Program-made: the position numbers and the translations under genes
Part shown: positions 12,382 through 23,429 of the stretch, one piece after another
How the letters are laid out: the number at the start of each line of letters is the position of its first letter
Numbering within the stretch: position 1 is the first letter of the stretch
The notes under the pieces: model-generated
Told to the model about the DNA's origin: nothing
Seen by the model: the letters and a program-made list of their open reading frames with translations, nothing else
Database searches by the model: none
Source of the DNA: a bacterium
Lineage (GTDB): Bacteria > UBA8248
Reading direction: 5' to 3'
Assembly: GCA_965204535.1 (NCBI GenBank)
Contig: CBDBEV010000001.1
Span: forward strand, 1,280,001 to 1,344,000
Length of the DNA: 64,000 bases

Positions 12382-14124
12382 GTGCAACATCAACGACTCT
12401 ATGTCAGGCCCCGGTCGAATCTCTCTTTCATAGGCACGAATGTGCGCTTGGAAGGCTCACTGCTCTTTGCAGGTAAAGTTTTCATGGAGGGCGAGTTCAA
12501 GGGAAAACTCCATGGCGACGGGCATCTCGAGATTGCGGAGGCGGGAAAAGCCGAGGGCGAGATCCATACGGATGAACTAGTGAATCACGGCCGTACCAAA
12601 GGTTCTATATTTGTGGCGGATCGTGTTGAACTCAAGGCAGGATGTTCTCACGAAGGGAATGTGACGGCTCCCAAAATACATATAGATCCGGAAGCTAAGT
12701 TCGATGGCAGAATGATCATGCCTGATGTTGTTCCGACGCCGGCGCCCAAGCCGATAGTTTCGAAAAGGCGCCTGCAAATTGCGGCGGGTTTGGTGCTGTT
12801 TCTGGCCGCTGGTGTTGCCACCACGGCGATTTCCCGTGAGTCTCCGGATTACTTGCGCAATATCTGGAAACGCCTCGACGCGATTTGGGAGGCGAGAGTA
12901 GGTGAATGGCTGGAGTCCGGCGAGTCGAAAAACCCGAAAATTAAGCTCGAAGAACAACAGAGAAGATACATTGCGGAAGCGGCTCGGCACGAAAGTAAAG
13001 GAGAATTCGATAAAGCTGTAGCCAGTCTGAGAAAAGCTTTGAAGTTCAAGGGAAGCCGCCAGAATGTCACCAGGTACCGCTTGGCGAAAATTCTGGCGCA
13101 GCAAAATCATACCGCGGAGGCCATACGTGAAATTCAATCTTTGCTCCAACGCACTCCGAGGCATATCGAGGGAATGATCTTGCTTGGCGATCTGTATGTT
13201 CGCAGTGGGCAACTCTCAAAGGCGCTGGAAATATACAGAGAAGCTTATCTGCGTGAACCCGAGGACATTGTTCTGAAAAGAAGGCTTCAGATTGTTGAGT
13301 CGCGTGTCAGATCGGTACGGCCCGAACCGGCTGAACCTGCGCAAGAGGCTTTGGACCCGACCCAGGTTTTAATCAATGCAGAGCGCTTCATCTCCGGAAA
13401 AGAGCCGGCGAGGGCTGTAGACCTGCTCAGAGGCGCCATCGAAAAAACACCGGATAATGCGAGGTTCCATTTCTTGCTGGGCGCCGCCCTGGTTCAAATG
13501 AACCGTAGGGACGAAGCAATACGCGTTTATGAGAAAGTTGTTTCTTTATCGCCCGATTGGCTGGATGGATATATACGTCTGGGCGCTCTTTTGGCATCCA
13601 AGGGTCGAGACAAGGATGCGATCGCGCTTTATGAAAAAGCGGGCCAACTGGACTTGAACAACATCGAGATGAAAATCCGCATCGCCAATCTTCACAAATC
13701 GAGGAAGCGGAAAAAAATCGCCCATAAAATACTTCTGGATTTGTTGGAGAAAAATCCCCGTTCGTCTCGCGTTTTGGTGGAACTTGGTATTTTCCTTTGG
13801 GAAACCGGGAAGCCTGAAGAATCGAAGAAGGTGTTCATGCAAGTGCTTGAAATAGATAAGAATTCAGCGCCGGCGTTGAATCGGTTGGCGTGGTTTCACA
13901 GGAAGGATAAGGAAAGTTTGGTTCACGCGATCAAGCTTTCGAAACGCTCGCTGGAACTCCAGCCCGATACGCCGGCGTATCTCGATACACTGGCAGAGCT
14001 GTTTTATCGCAACGGAGAATCGGTGAAAGCGCTTCCGCTCATTCAAAGAGCGATTGAATTAGACCCCGGAAGTCGCTATTTTCGTCTGCAATTGGAAAAA
14101 TTCAAAAGAGCGAGCCGCAAATGA
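12382..14124 (+). CDS. Bactofilin domain - TM - TPR repeat fusion protein
   Basis: N-terminal beta-helix pattern (SFIG..V.LEGSL...G.V...G.F.G...L.I...G..EG.I); TM at ~aa 133-150; many TPR-like repeats. Confidence 0.75.
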   Translation: MQHQRLYVRPRSNLSFIGTNVRLEGSLLFAGKVFMEGEFKGKLHGDGHLEIAEAGKAEGEIHTDELVNHGRTKGSIFVADRVELKAGCSHEGNVTAPKIHIDPEAKFDGRMIMPDVVPTPAPKPIVSKRRLQIAAGLVLFLAAGVATTAISRESPDYLRNIWKRLDAIWEARVGEWLESGESKNPKIKLEEQQRRYIAEAARHESKGEFDKAVASLRKALKFKGSRQNVTRYRLAKILAQQNHTAEAIREIQSLLQRTPRHIEGMILLGDLYVRSGQLSKALEIYREAYLREPEDIVLKRRLQIVESRVRSVRPEPAEPAQEALDPTQVLINAERFISGKEPARAVDLLRGAIEKTPDNARFHFLLGAALVQMNRRDEAIRVYEKVVSLSPDWLDGYIRLGALLASKGRDKDAIALYEKAGQLDLNNIEMKIRIANLHKSRKRKKIAHKILLDLLEKNPRSSRVLVELGIFLWETGKPEESKKVFMQVLEIDKNSAPALNRLAWFHRKDKESLVHAIKLSKRSLELQPDTPAYLDTLAELFYRNGESVKALPLIQRAIELDPGSRYFRLQLEKFKRASRK

Positions 14125-14317
14125 TGCCCGAAAACGATCGGATGAATGTATATACTCGCCGCACCTTCATGGGGTTGAGCAACCGAGCACTTGTTTGACC
14201 ATGAGTAAACTTGTTGTATGAGATGGTTGGAAATAAATGATATGAAAGGGTTGTAAAGAGTGATTCGCCCCGTCTGGTTGGTCAGTAGTCGCCACTCTTA
14301 ATTTGGAGGGCTGGGAA

Positions 14318-15151
14318 ATGGGTATCCTGACAATTTCGAGAGAGCTTGGAAGCGGTGGTGACGCTATTGGGAAGAAAGTGGCTCAAGAGTTGGGGTGGGC
14401 CCTTTTGGACAACGACGGATTTGCGGATGCGGCGCAGTCATATGGTTATGTTCGAGCCGAACTCGAACAAGTGGATGAGAGGAAGCCCGGTCTGATAGAC
14501 CGCTTTTTCCGGGACAGGCAACTGGTGTATCTCGATATCATGCGCGCCATCGTTTATGAATCGGCCTTGAAAAATAATTTCGTCATACTGGGCCGCGGCT
14601 CCCATATCCTCCTTGAAGGAATCGAGGGCGTTTTCCGGGTGCGCATCGTGGCGCCTAGAGATTATCGCCAACGGACACTGGTGAAGAACGAGGGGATTAC
14701 CCCATCCATGGCGGAGCAGTTCATACGCCACAACGATGATGAAAGAATGGCCTATACGCGACATTTTTTCGATGTCAGGTGGGGAGAGCCGAGCCACTTC
14801 GATATGATATTGAACACCGGGTTGTTCAGTGAAGATATGTCAGTGCGTTTGCTGGTGAACATATTGAAAAGTGAAAAGTTTTCCCAATTCGAACCATCGG
14901 AATCTCAAAAGCTCCAGAATCTGGCTTTTGCGCAAAAGATCAAGGCAACAATCATGACGGATGAGCGAATCGATGCGAGCGGCATTGTCGTTGAGTGTCT
15001 CGGACCCGGAGAACTATTCTTGCACGGGCGCGTCAACAGCGATGAAGAAAAAGAATTGGCCGAATCAATTGCCAAAGAATACAGTGGAGTCGTCGAGTTG
15101 AGCAGCGAGTTGGTCGTGATGCCGCCTATCGAAGGATGGTATCCGGTATGA
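14318..15151 (+). CDS. Cytidylate kinase-like family protein with C-terminal BON-like domain
   Basis: ILTISRELGSGG, VILGRG, FDMILNT; C-terminal L.G.V.S..EK..AE.IA....GV. Confidence 0.8.
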   Translation: MGILTISRELGSGGDAIGKKVAQELGWALLDNDGFADAAQSYGYVRAELEQVDERKPGLIDRFFRDRQLVYLDIMRAIVYESALKNNFVILGRGSHILLEGIEGVFRVRIVAPRDYRQRTLVKNEGITPSMAEQFIRHNDDERMAYTRHFFDVRWGEPSHFDMILNTGLFSEDMSVRLLVNILKSEKFSQFEPSESQKLQNLAFAQKIKATIMTDERIDASGIVVECLGPGELFLHGRVNSDEEKELAESIAKEYSGVVELSSELVVMPPIEGWYPV

Positions 15152-15780
15152 ACGAGATGCGTGAGCGGAAAATCAAATCGCCGGGTGCAAGGCGCCTTGC
15201 GTTACGCATGGTGTTTATCGGCGGTTTGATGACGGTGCTTTCCGGTTGCAGCCTGGTGGTGTTGCAAGCCGATTACCAGGAGGATAAAGCGCAAAACAAA
15301 AAGGAAGTCGAGTCGATCCGCGGCCAACTTCTCGCTCACACGCAAATTTTGGCGAATCATGGGAAGTCATTGAACGAGTTCAAATTGCAGCTTCGAGATA
15401 CGGTGTCGAATGTTGAGAAAGCGGTGAAGGAATTGAAGGCGAAGCCCAAGATGTCGGTGGTTTCTCCAAAGCCGGAGCGCAAAAAAGAATCCGCTGTGAA
15501 ACCTGCCAGTCAGAGCGGAACCTATGTGGGCACCAGATACATCCGCCGTACATATCGGGGGTTCTCGTTGAGTTATGCAGGAGGCTATGATGAGCCGCGC
15601 GGCTCCCGTTATCGCTACAGACTCAAACCGGGAACACGCGTAGCTGTTATTTCCGGGGACCGGCGTGGTTTCACGCGAGTGGAGGTCAGTTCGGGCCGCT
15701 GGTCTGGAAAAAAAATGTGGGTACGCACCCGCTGGCTCACGAAGCAGGCCCCGAAGCGCGCAAAGGGCGGTAAAAGTTAA
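15148..15780 (+). CDS. Hypothetical lipoprotein, coiled coil plus SH3-like C-terminus
   Basis: Lipobox LSGC; LKPGTRVAV...V.V..G...WV pattern. Confidence 0.55.
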   Translation: MNEMRERKIKSPGARRLALRMVFIGGLMTVLSGCSLVVLQADYQEDKAQNKKEVESIRGQLLAHTQILANHGKSLNEFKLQLRDTVSNVEKAVKELKAKPKMSVVSPKPERKKESAVKPASQSGTYVGTRYIRRTYRGFSLSYAGGYDEPRGSRYRYRLKPGTRVAVISGDRRGFTRVEVSSGRWSGKKMWVRTRWLTKQAPKRAKGGKS

Positions 15781-15782
15781 CG

Positions 15783-16958
15783 CTATAGTTTTTTGAGTCC
15801 CTCGCCGAGGTCGTCTCTCAACACCTCGAAATCTTCGAGTCCCACCGAATATCGAACCAGTCCGGCTGGAACGCCCCGATTCTCCGCGCCTTGTATCCCG
15901 ATGTCCGCATACGCCATCTTTACGTGATGCTCCACCTGGCTCTCCGTGCCGCCGAATCCGGGCGCGAGCACGGGAATTTGAAGAGCGTTCACCAACTCGT
16001 CGGCTTTTTCGTGATTGCCATCAAGCTCAAAGCTGATTATTCCACCGAACGCCGACATATATTTTTGGGCTCTGCGATGATCCGGGTGGGACTCCAGACC
16101 GGGGTAATGAACACGGGAAACCCCGGGGTGGCCCGCGATAAATTCGGCCAGCTTGAGAGCCGTGTCGCTGATGCGCCGAACGCGCAATTCGAGCGTTTTG
16201 AGTCCCCGCTCCACGAGGAACGCCTCCTGTGGCCCGAGAATGGAGCCCAGCAATGCTTGTTGTTCGCGCAGCGCGGCGATGATGTCCAGACTCCCCGAAA
16301 CTGCGCCTGCTACGACATCGTTGTGGCCGCCGATATACTTCGTCGCGCTTTGAACCGCCAAATCGGCTCCGTGCTCCAACGGGCGAAACAAGGCGGGAGA
16401 TGCGATGGTCGAGTCCACGACGAACCTGGCTCCTCTGTTTTGAGCCCATTCAGCCATTTTCTCGATATCCGGTATGCGGAGCATGGGGTTGGAGGGAATC
16501 TCCGCGAACAACACGCGCACCGGCCCCTCCGGGAGGGCTTCGAGGGATTCCGCTGTATTCTCCACCGGAATATCGACGCGTACCCCGTAGCGGGTGAGGA
16601 GGCCCTCTGCGATGTCCCTCGTATGTCTGTAGCTCTCCTGGGGGATGACGATTCGCGCATTCGGCGCCAGGAGCGAGAGGAATACCGAAGAGACGGCCGC
16701 CATGCCGCTGGCGTAAAGTAGGGAGGCTTCCGCGCCTTCTTGGAGCGCGAGCCTGCGCTCGGCGGCCTCGTTCGTCGGATTGCCGTATCGCGTATAGAAA
16801 AACGCGTCCGTCTCGCTGTTGTGGAAAGCTTCCAGATCGTCAGAGCTGTCGAAGGTGAACGTCGCAGTCTGGAAGATAGGCGGTGCAAGCGACTTCTTCG
16901 TCTGTTTTCGCTCGTCTCTTCTCATGTTTTTCGACAATGAACTCAACTCCTGTTTCAT
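15783..16958 (-). CDS. Cys/Met metabolism PLP enzyme (cystathionine gamma-synthase/lyase family)
   Basis: PPIFQTATF, YTRYGNPT, SGMAA, SATKYIGGHND, RYSVGLED. Confidence 0.92.
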   Translation of the reverse strand: MKQELSSLSKNMRRDERKQTKKSLAPPIFQTATFTFDSSDDLEAFHNSETDAFFYTRYGNPTNEAAERRLALQEGAEASLLYASGMAAVSSVFLSLLAPNARIVIPQESYRHTRDIAEGLLTRYGVRVDIPVENTAESLEALPEGPVRVLFAEIPSNPMLRIPDIEKMAEWAQNRGARFVVDSTIASPALFRPLEHGADLAVQSATKYIGGHNDVVAGAVSGSLDIIAALREQQALLGSILGPQEAFLVERGLKTLELRVRRISDTALKLAEFIAGHPGVSRVHYPGLESHPDHRRAQKYMSAFGGIISFELDGNHEKADELVNALQIPVLAPGFGGTESQVEHHVKMAYADIGIQGAENRGVPAGLVRYSVGLEDFEVLRDDLGEGLKKL

Positions 16959-16991
16959 CGGCAGAGCGAAACAATGAACATCGAACGAACG

Positions 16992-18335
16992 CTAGCTTAC
17001 GGACAATGCGCCGAGTCTCTTTTCGATGGCGTCTCGAACCATGTCGATGTCTTCAGGAAGCTCGATGGGAGTATTGGCGAAACGGCTGTCGACGCCCGGA
17101 ATCGCTTTTTGATGATAATTGACTTTGAATTCGGTGAATTTCAGCCCATGAGCCGTAGAGATGACGACCACCCGGTCTTGAGGGTTGATTTCTCCGCGCG
17201 CGATTATTTTTTCAAGAGCGGCCAGGGCCACGCCGGTCTGGGGACAGTTGTACATTCCGGTCCTGTCCGCGCGCGCGGCGGCGTTCGCCAATTCCTCCTC
17301 GCTCGCCTGCTCCACGGAGCCTTCGAATGCTTTCAGGGTCCTTATGGCTCTCTCGATGCTCACCGGATTTCCGATTTGGATGGCCGTCGCCAACGTCGGT
17401 TCGGCCTCGATGGGGTGGAATTCCTGGAAGCCCGTCATGAAACTTCGGTACAGAGGGTTGGCCTTTTCCGTCTGGGCGCAAACGATACGGGGCAGTTTGT
17501 CGATGAGTCCCAAATCGCGCATCTGCATGAAACCCTTGCCCAGTGCGCTCACGTTTCCCAGGTTGCCGCCGGGAATGATGATTAAGTCGGGAACCTCCCA
17601 ATCGAACTGCTGAACGAGTTCTATGCTGATGGTTTTTTGTCCCTCTATCCGAAGCGAATTCATGCTGTTGGCGAGGTATATCCCCTGTTCTTCGCACACC
17701 TGTCTTACGATCCGCATGCAGCCGTCGAAATCCGTGTCGATGGCGAGCACCATGGCGCCGTTCGTGATGGGTTGAATGAGTTGCGCAATGGATACTTTCT
17801 CTCGAGGCAGAAAGACGATAGCCGGGATATCGGCCGCAGCAGCGTACGCAGCCAACGCGGCGGAAGTATCACCCGTCGATGCGCAGGCGACGGCACGGAG
17901 TTTTTTCCCGTCGGCTATCATCTGCTGGGCGGCGGACACAAGAACCGTCATGCCGAGGTCCTTGAAGGAACCGGTGTGACTGTTTCCGCATTGCTTGATC
18001 CACAACTCGGCGATTCCGAGTTCGCGCCCCAGGCGATTCGCCCAGAAAAGGTTCGTCCCCCCTTCATAGAACGAGATGATGTTTTCATCGTCTATCAGGG
18101 GGCAAACCCACTCTTTCTTGCCCCACACACCGCTGCCGTACGGCCATATGTTGCGCTGGTAGCGGTCGTCGAACAGATGGCGCCACTCCGACGCGCTTCG
18201 CATGCGCAGGGTTTCCAGGTCGTGCGTGACGTCGAGGAGGCTCTCACATTCGCGGCACTGATAAACGGAGTCGAAAATGGAGTACGTTGCCCCGCATTCG
18301 GGATTTATACATTGGAACCAGCAGTTGCAGTCCAT
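16992..18335 (-). CDS. thrC: Threonine synthase
   Basis: N-terminal CxxxxC/Cxx[13 protein letters not shown] lysine, [15 protein letters not shown]. Confidence 0.93.
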   Translation of the reverse strand: MDCNCWFQCINPECGATYSIFDSVYQCRECESLLDVTHDLETLRMRSASEWRHLFDDRYQRNIWPYGSGVWGKKEWVCPLIDDENIISFYEGGTNLFWANRLGRELGIAELWIKQCGNSHTGSFKDLGMTVLVSAAQQMIADGKKLRAVACASTGDTSAALAAYAAAADIPAIVFLPREKVSIAQLIQPITNGAMVLAIDTDFDGCMRIVRQVCEEQGIYLANSMNSLRIEGQKTISIELVQQFDWEVPDLIIIPGGNLGNVSALGKGFMQMRDLGLIDKLPRIVCAQTEKANPLYRSFMTGFQEFHPIEAEPTLATAIQIGNPVSIERAIRTLKAFEGSVEQASEEELANAAARADRTGMYNCPQTGVALAALEKIIARGEINPQDRVVVISTAHGLKFTEFKVNYHQKAIPGVDSRFANTPIELPEDIDMVRDAIEKRLGALSVS

Positions 18336-18466
18336 CTCTTCACCAAAAGTAAAAGGCGAAGCCCGGCCTCGCCCGAAAGAAAAGGATTATTGCAGAGGCT
18401 TCTCCTGGTGGCAAATTCGCACGTTCATTTCACGGTATGGGGTTTTCGGATTCCGTTCATTCCGTG

Positions 18467-19720
18467 CTACGTCGTGGCCACTTGCGGGACGCGGACCTCT
18501 TTTTCGTTGATGAAAGAGACGAGCACGGCCGCCTGGAGACAAAGGTAGGCCGCCAGAGCGAACGCGAGGTTATAGCTGCCGGTGACGTCATAGATGTATC
18601 CGCTCAGCCAGGCGCTCAGGCCCGAGCCGAGCTGGTGGCTGAACGTGATGAGTCCGAAGAGAATCGCCACGTTTCTGGAGCCGAAGAAATCCCCCGTCAA
18701 CGCCGAAGTGAGCGGGACGGTCGCAATCCAGGAGAGGCCGATCATCATGGGCGTGGCCCAGACGGTGAAATCGTTCTTGAAGAAAATGAACAGGATGAAC
18801 CCGAGCCCCCGGAAGGCGTAGATCAGGCTCAAGGGGATTTTCCGTCCGATTTTGTCCGAAAGCGGGCCGACCGCCAGAACGCCCACGGTGTTCAGCCCGC
18901 CGCCCAGGGCGAAGGACGTGGCCGCGACGGCTGCGGAGAATCCGACGTCCGTCGCAAACGGCACCCAGTGGACGGAGACGACCGTTACGGTGAAACCGCA
19001 GGTGAAAAAGCTCGTGAGCAGGAGGACGAACGGCATCTTGGGAAGGCACTGCACCCAGTGCACATCGTAGGGGACGACCATCTTGACGCCGTTGCCGGAC
19101 GTGGATGCGCTCGGGGGGACGTCTTTGGACGAGGGAGCGTTTTTGACGAGTAAGATCGATATGGGCATCAGGGTGAACACGAAAATGACGCCGATGACGA
19201 ACGAGGTCATCCTCCAGTCCAGATAGCCGATCATATACGCGAAGACGGGAAGCAATATGAGCTGGCCCATGCTCGAGCCTGCGCTGATGATGGACATGCC
19301 CAGCCCCCGCCTGTCCGGGAACCAGTTCGACACCAGGGGGGTGAAGGCGGTCACGCTGTTGCCGATGCCTCCCATCCCCAGCAGGATGCCGAAGAACAGG
19401 TAGACGCCCCACAGGGAGTCGACATAGTAGATTCCCAGCATGGCCATAGTCGTTAATGCCGACCCCCAGATGATGACCGTCTTGGGGTCCCAGCGGCGCA
19501 TCATGAGCCCGCCCAACGGTTGGGACGCGCCGTAGAGAATCAGGCAAAGAGAAAAGGGGAGCGACAACGAGGCGCGGCTGATGTTGAAATCCGCGATCAT
19601 CGGCTTCAGGAAGAGACCGAATGAATTTCTGGTCGCCAGACCCAGGAACATCATGAAGAAACAGCCGGCGAGAATGTACCAGCCGTAATATATTTTCTTT
19701 GGGGAAGCGTTTGCGCTCAC
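18467..19720 (-). CDS. MFS transporter (OFA/monocarboxylate-like)
   Basis: IYYGW, WFPDRRGL, GPLSDKIGRK, ~12 TM; start set at GTG 19720 with GAGG RBS. Confidence 0.9.
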   Translation of the reverse strand: MSANASPKKIYYGWYILAGCFFMMFLGLATRNSFGLFLKPMIADFNISRASLSLPFSLCLILYGASQPLGGLMMRRWDPKTVIIWGSALTTMAMLGIYYVDSLWGVYLFFGILLGMGGIGNSVTAFTPLVSNWFPDRRGLGMSIISAGSSMGQLILLPVFAYMIGYLDWRMTSFVIGVIFVFTLMPISILLVKNAPSSKDVPPSASTSGNGVKMVVPYDVHWVQCLPKMPFVLLLTSFFTCGFTVTVVSVHWVPFATDVGFSAAVAATSFALGGGLNTVGVLAVGPLSDKIGRKIPLSLIYAFRGLGFILFIFFKNDFTVWATPMMIGLSWIATVPLTSALTGDFFGSRNVAILFGLITFSHQLGSGLSAWLSGYIYDVTGSYNLAFALAAYLCLQAAVLVSFINEKEVRVPQVATT

Positions 19721-19889
19721 AGGTACCTCGATATCCGTAGGGTGTGGGTGGTTTGCATTTGCGCTAGAGTTTATAACATTCATGGATGAAAGACACGCTC
19801 CGGTGCGCATATACACGAAATGCGCCGCGGGGTCTTCATGCTTTTCGCTGCATGGCGGAGATATGGCCGAATAACGAGGAGGGTTTCCC

Positions 19890-21227
19890 TTGGAAGCGCC
19901 GAAATTCGTGGTTCCCCACCCCGGTCCCAAAACTCAGGCTGAGCTTGAACGCTTAAGGAAGGTGGAGAGCCGCGCCGCCCTCAGTTTCGGGATGAGTCCG
20001 GAGACCGTCGTGGTCGAGCGCGCGCAAGGGGCGGTGATCGAGGACGTCGACGGCAATTTTTTCCTGGATTTCGTCGCCGGCTTCGGTTCCCTGAACGCGG
20101 GTCATTGCCATCCCAAAGTCGTCTCGGCGTTGCGGCAACAGGCCGGAGAGGTCCACCAGGCCATGTCGCTGGGCTCAAAAGTGCGGAACGAACTTTTCGA
20201 CAAAGTTCTCTCTCTGCATTCCGGCGCGGCGCCCAAGAGCATGATTCTCGGCTCCTCGGGCAGCGAAGCCGCCGAGATCGCTCTCAAGATGGCCCGCCGG
20301 GCGACGGGTCGCGATGAGATTGTCGCCTTCACGGGCGCGTTCCACGGGAGGACTTTGGGGGCCGTGGCCCTGATGGGCAGAAAAAACCAAAGAGAGGGGC
20401 TGGGGACGCTGGTTCCGGGGGTTCATCACGTTCCCTATCCATACCCCTATCGAAACCCCTTCGGTGATGGCCCGGAGAAATGCGCCGAGGGGACGCTCCG
20501 CTACATCAACGAGTTTCTCGATAATCCCGTGAGCGGCTGGGGTGAGGTGGCGGCCGTCATCATCGAGCCGGTTCAGGGAAACGGCGGCATGATTCCGGCC
20601 CCCATCGGTTTTTTAAGCGGGCTTCGCGAGGCTTGCGACCGCCACGGAGTATTGCTCATCATCGACGAGGTGATGAGCGGGTTTTGCCGCACGGGAAAAA
20701 TGTTCGCCTACCAGTATGAAGAGGTCGAACCGGATCTGATCGTGATGGGAAAATCGATTTCGGGCGGGTTGCCCCTCGCCGCCTGCGTTGCGAAAAAAGA
20801 AATAGCCGACGCCTCGAATCCCGGGACCGAGAGCAGCACCTATGCGGGAAACGTCATGGCGTGCGCCGCCGGCCTGGCTTCCATCGAGGTATATGAGGAG
20901 GAGAACCTCGCCGAGCGCTCCCTGGAGACGGGCGCGTATTTCATGAGGAGGCTGGAAGAACTCTCCGAGCGCCATTCCATCGTCGGCGAGGTTCGCGGGC
21001 GCGGGCTGATGGTAGCGGCCGAGTTGGTTTCCGACCGGACGACGCGCGAGCCTTTGAGCGTCGCCAAGAAGGCGAGCGCCATGGCCCTGAAAAAGGGTCT
21101 TCTCATCTATCCGGGAGGACACCACGGGAACGTCCTGGCGTTTTTGCCTCCTCTGATTATCGACGAGCGCCAAGTCGATACGGCTGTCGGCATCGTGGAT
21201 GAGGTGTTGCTCGAACTGGATGAATAA
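19890..21227 (+). CDS. Class III PLP aminotransferase (GabT-like)
   Basis: SGSEA, FHGRT, EPVQGNGG, DEVMSGF.RTG, GKSISGG. Confidence 0.92.
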   Translation: MEAPKFVVPHPGPKTQAELERLRKVESRAALSFGMSPETVVVERAQGAVIEDVDGNFFLDFVAGFGSLNAGHCHPKVVSALRQQAGEVHQAMSLGSKVRNELFDKVLSLHSGAAPKSMILGSSGSEAAEIALKMARRATGRDEIVAFTGAFHGRTLGAVALMGRKNQREGLGTLVPGVHHVPYPYPYRNPFGDGPEKCAEGTLRYINEFLDNPVSGWGEVAAVIIEPVQGNGGMIPAPIGFLSGLREACDRHGVLLIIDEVMSGFCRTGKMFAYQYEEVEPDLIVMGKSISGGLPLAACVAKKEIADASNPGTESSTYAGNVMACAAGLASIEVYEEENLAERSLETGAYFMRRLEELSERHSIVGEVRGRGLMVAAELVSDRTTREPLSVAKKASAMALKKGLLIYPGGHHGNVLAFLPPLIIDERQVDTAVGIVDEVLLELDE

Positions 21228-21272
21228 CGGCCTGGTACAGGGGGCGATACCAACGTACTACTTTGTGTTAAG

Positions 21273-22637
21273 ATGCGCCCAGTGCTCCCGCCGCTTTTGA
21301 GGTATGGCATGCGGAGGAAATTTCAGAAAAAAGTCCACCTGGCGTTTTTGAGCTCCCTGGTGGCGATTGGGGCGATGCTGACCCTCTACCACGCCACCGC
21401 TGCGCAAAAGACGCCTCCCGTCTTGGTGCTGGACGTGGCCGACGCCATATCGCCGGGCACTTCCGAGTACATCGCATTCGGCATCGAGGAGGCCGCCAGG
21501 AGGGGGGCGCAACTCCTCGTCATCCGCCTCGATACCCCCGGCGGTCTGGTCACCAGCACGCGCGATATCGTGAAGGCGATATTCGGCGCGAGCGTTCCCG
21601 TGGCGGTATACGTCGCTCCGGGAGGGGCGCGGGCCGCCTCCGCCGGCACGTTCATCACCATGTCGGCCCACATCGCCGCCATGGCGCCGGGAACGAACAT
21701 CGGCGCCGCCTCTCCCGTTTCGGGCGGGGGGAAGCAGATTCAGGGCGATATGCGCAAAAAGGCGATGAACGACGTGGCCGCTTTCGCGCGGGCGGTGGCC
21801 TCGCGCACCGGGCGCAATACCGAGTGGGCGGAGAGCGCGGTCCGCGAGGCGATATCCGTGGATGAGGCCGAAGCCCTGAAGCAAAAGGTCATCGATCTGG
21901 TGGCCGCGGACGTGCGGTCGCTTCTGCTTGCGGTGCACGGCAAAGAGATAAAGCTCGCCGGCGGCGACACCGTCACCCTCTCGACCAGGGGGGCGGAGCA
22001 AATCGTGCTCGAGCGAAGCTGGCGCCAGAAAGTGCTCACCCTTTTGAGCGACCCCAACATCGCCTATATCCTGATGCTCCTGGGGATGTACGGGTTGTTC
22101 TTTGAACTCTCGAATCCCGGCTCCATACTGCCCGGCGTGGTGGGGGCCATCAGCCTGCTGCTGGCGCTCTACGCCCTCAAGGTCTTGCCGGTGAACTATG
22201 TGGGGCTTCTCTTGATGGGACTTGCCGTCATCATGTTTCTCCTGGAGATCCAGGTGGTCAGCTACGGGGGTCTGACCATCGGCGGAATCATCGCCATGAC
22301 GCTCGGTTCGGTCATGCTCATCGACTCGCCGGACCCCTACCTGCAAATCAGCCTGAAGGTGATTCTGCCGGCTGTCGCCGGAACGGCCTTTTTCTTTGTC
22401 TGGCTCGTGGGGATGGGCTTTCGCGCCCAGCGGACGCGGCCGGTCTCGGGTTCTGAGGGGATGCTCGACCAGTCCGGCGTCGTGAGCGCATTATCCGGAG
22501 AAGGGTCGCCGGCCCAGGTTCGGGTGCACGGCGAGATATGGCTGGCGGATTCTCAGGAACCGCTGGAAATCGGGGACAAAGTCCGCGTGGTCTCGGTGGA
22601 GGGCCTCAGGCTCCGCGTCGAGAAGGAGGGTGCATAA
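21273..22637 (+). CDS. nfeD: NfeD family membrane-bound serine protease
   Basis: LDTPGG, AASAG, PGTNIGAA, TM bundle, C-terminal OB (VHGEIW). Confidence 0.92.
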   Translation: MRPVLPPLLRYGMRRKFQKKVHLAFLSSLVAIGAMLTLYHATAAQKTPPVLVLDVADAISPGTSEYIAFGIEEAARRGAQLLVIRLDTPGGLVTSTRDIVKAIFGASVPVAVYVAPGGARAASAGTFITMSAHIAAMAPGTNIGAASPVSGGGKQIQGDMRKKAMNDVAAFARAVASRTGRNTEWAESAVREAISVDEAEALKQKVIDLVAADVRSLLLAVHGKEIKLAGGDTVTLSTRGAEQIVLERSWRQKVLTLLSDPNIAYILMLLGMYGLFFELSNPGSILPGVVGAISLLLALYALKVLPVNYVGLLLMGLAVIMFLLEIQVVSYGGLTIGGIIAMTLGSVMLIDSPDPYLQISLKVILPAVAGTAFFFVWLVGMGFRAQRTRPVSGSEGMLDQSGVVSALSGEGSPAQVRVHGEIWLADSQEPLEIGDKVRVVSVEGLRLRVEKEGA

Positions 22638-23429
22638 ATGAATTGGAGTTTGATCATCGCCGCTATCATCATCTTGTTGTTCTTCGCGAGCGCCATCCGC
22701 GTGCTGAACGAATACGAGCGCGGGGTCATCTTCCGGCTGGGGCGCTTCCATTCCACCAAGGGGCCCGGCCTCATCATCGTGCTTCCGGTGATCGACCGCA
22801 TGACCCGCGTGGGCCTGCGGCTGGTGACGATGGACGTGCCGCCGCAGGATATCGTCACGAAGGACAACGTGTCGGTGAAGGTGAACGCCGTGGTCTACTT
22901 CCGCGTGCTGACGCCCGAGCGCGCCGTCATCGAGGTGGAGGATTTCCTCTACGCCACGGGCCAGTTGAGCCAGACGACGCTCAGGAGCGTGCTCGGCCAG
23001 ATGGAGCTCGACGATCTGCTCTCGGAGCGCGAGAAGATCAACACCCAGCTCCAGGAACTCCTCGATCACGCCACCGATCCCTGGGGCATCAAGGTCACCA
23101 ACGTGGAGCTCAAGCACGTGGACCTTCCCGGCGAGATGCAGCGCGCCATCGCCCGCCAGGCCGAGGCCGAGCGCGAGCGCCGCGCCAAGGTCATCCACGC
23201 CGAGGGCGAATACCAGGCGAGCGAGCGGCTGTCCGAGGCCGCCGCCACCATCGCCACGGCCCCGGGCGCGCTCCAGCTTCGCTTCCTGCAGACGCTTTCG
23301 GAAGTCGCCACCGAGAACAACTCGACCATCGTCTTCCCCTTGCCGCTCGACCTGCTCAAGCCCTTCGTGGACAGGCAGACGGGCGGGGACGACGCGCCCA
23401 AAGGAGAGATAGAGGCCGGCGGCGCATAG
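22638..23429 (+). CDS. SPFH/stomatin-like (slipin) protein
   Basis: [28 protein letters not shown]; canonical partner of NfeD. Confidence 0.95.
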   Translation: MNWSLIIAAIIILLFFASAIRVLNEYERGVIFRLGRFHSTKGPGLIIVLPVIDRMTRVGLRLVTMDVPPQDIVTKDNVSVKVNAVVYFRVLTPERAVIEVEDFLYATGQLSQTTLRSVLGQMELDDLLSEREKINTQLQELLDHATDPWGIKVTNVELKHVDLPGEMQRAIARQAEAERERRAKVIHAEGEYQASERLSEAAATIATAPGALQLRFLQTLSEVATENNSTIVFPLPLDLLKPFVDRQTGGDDAPKGEIEAGGA

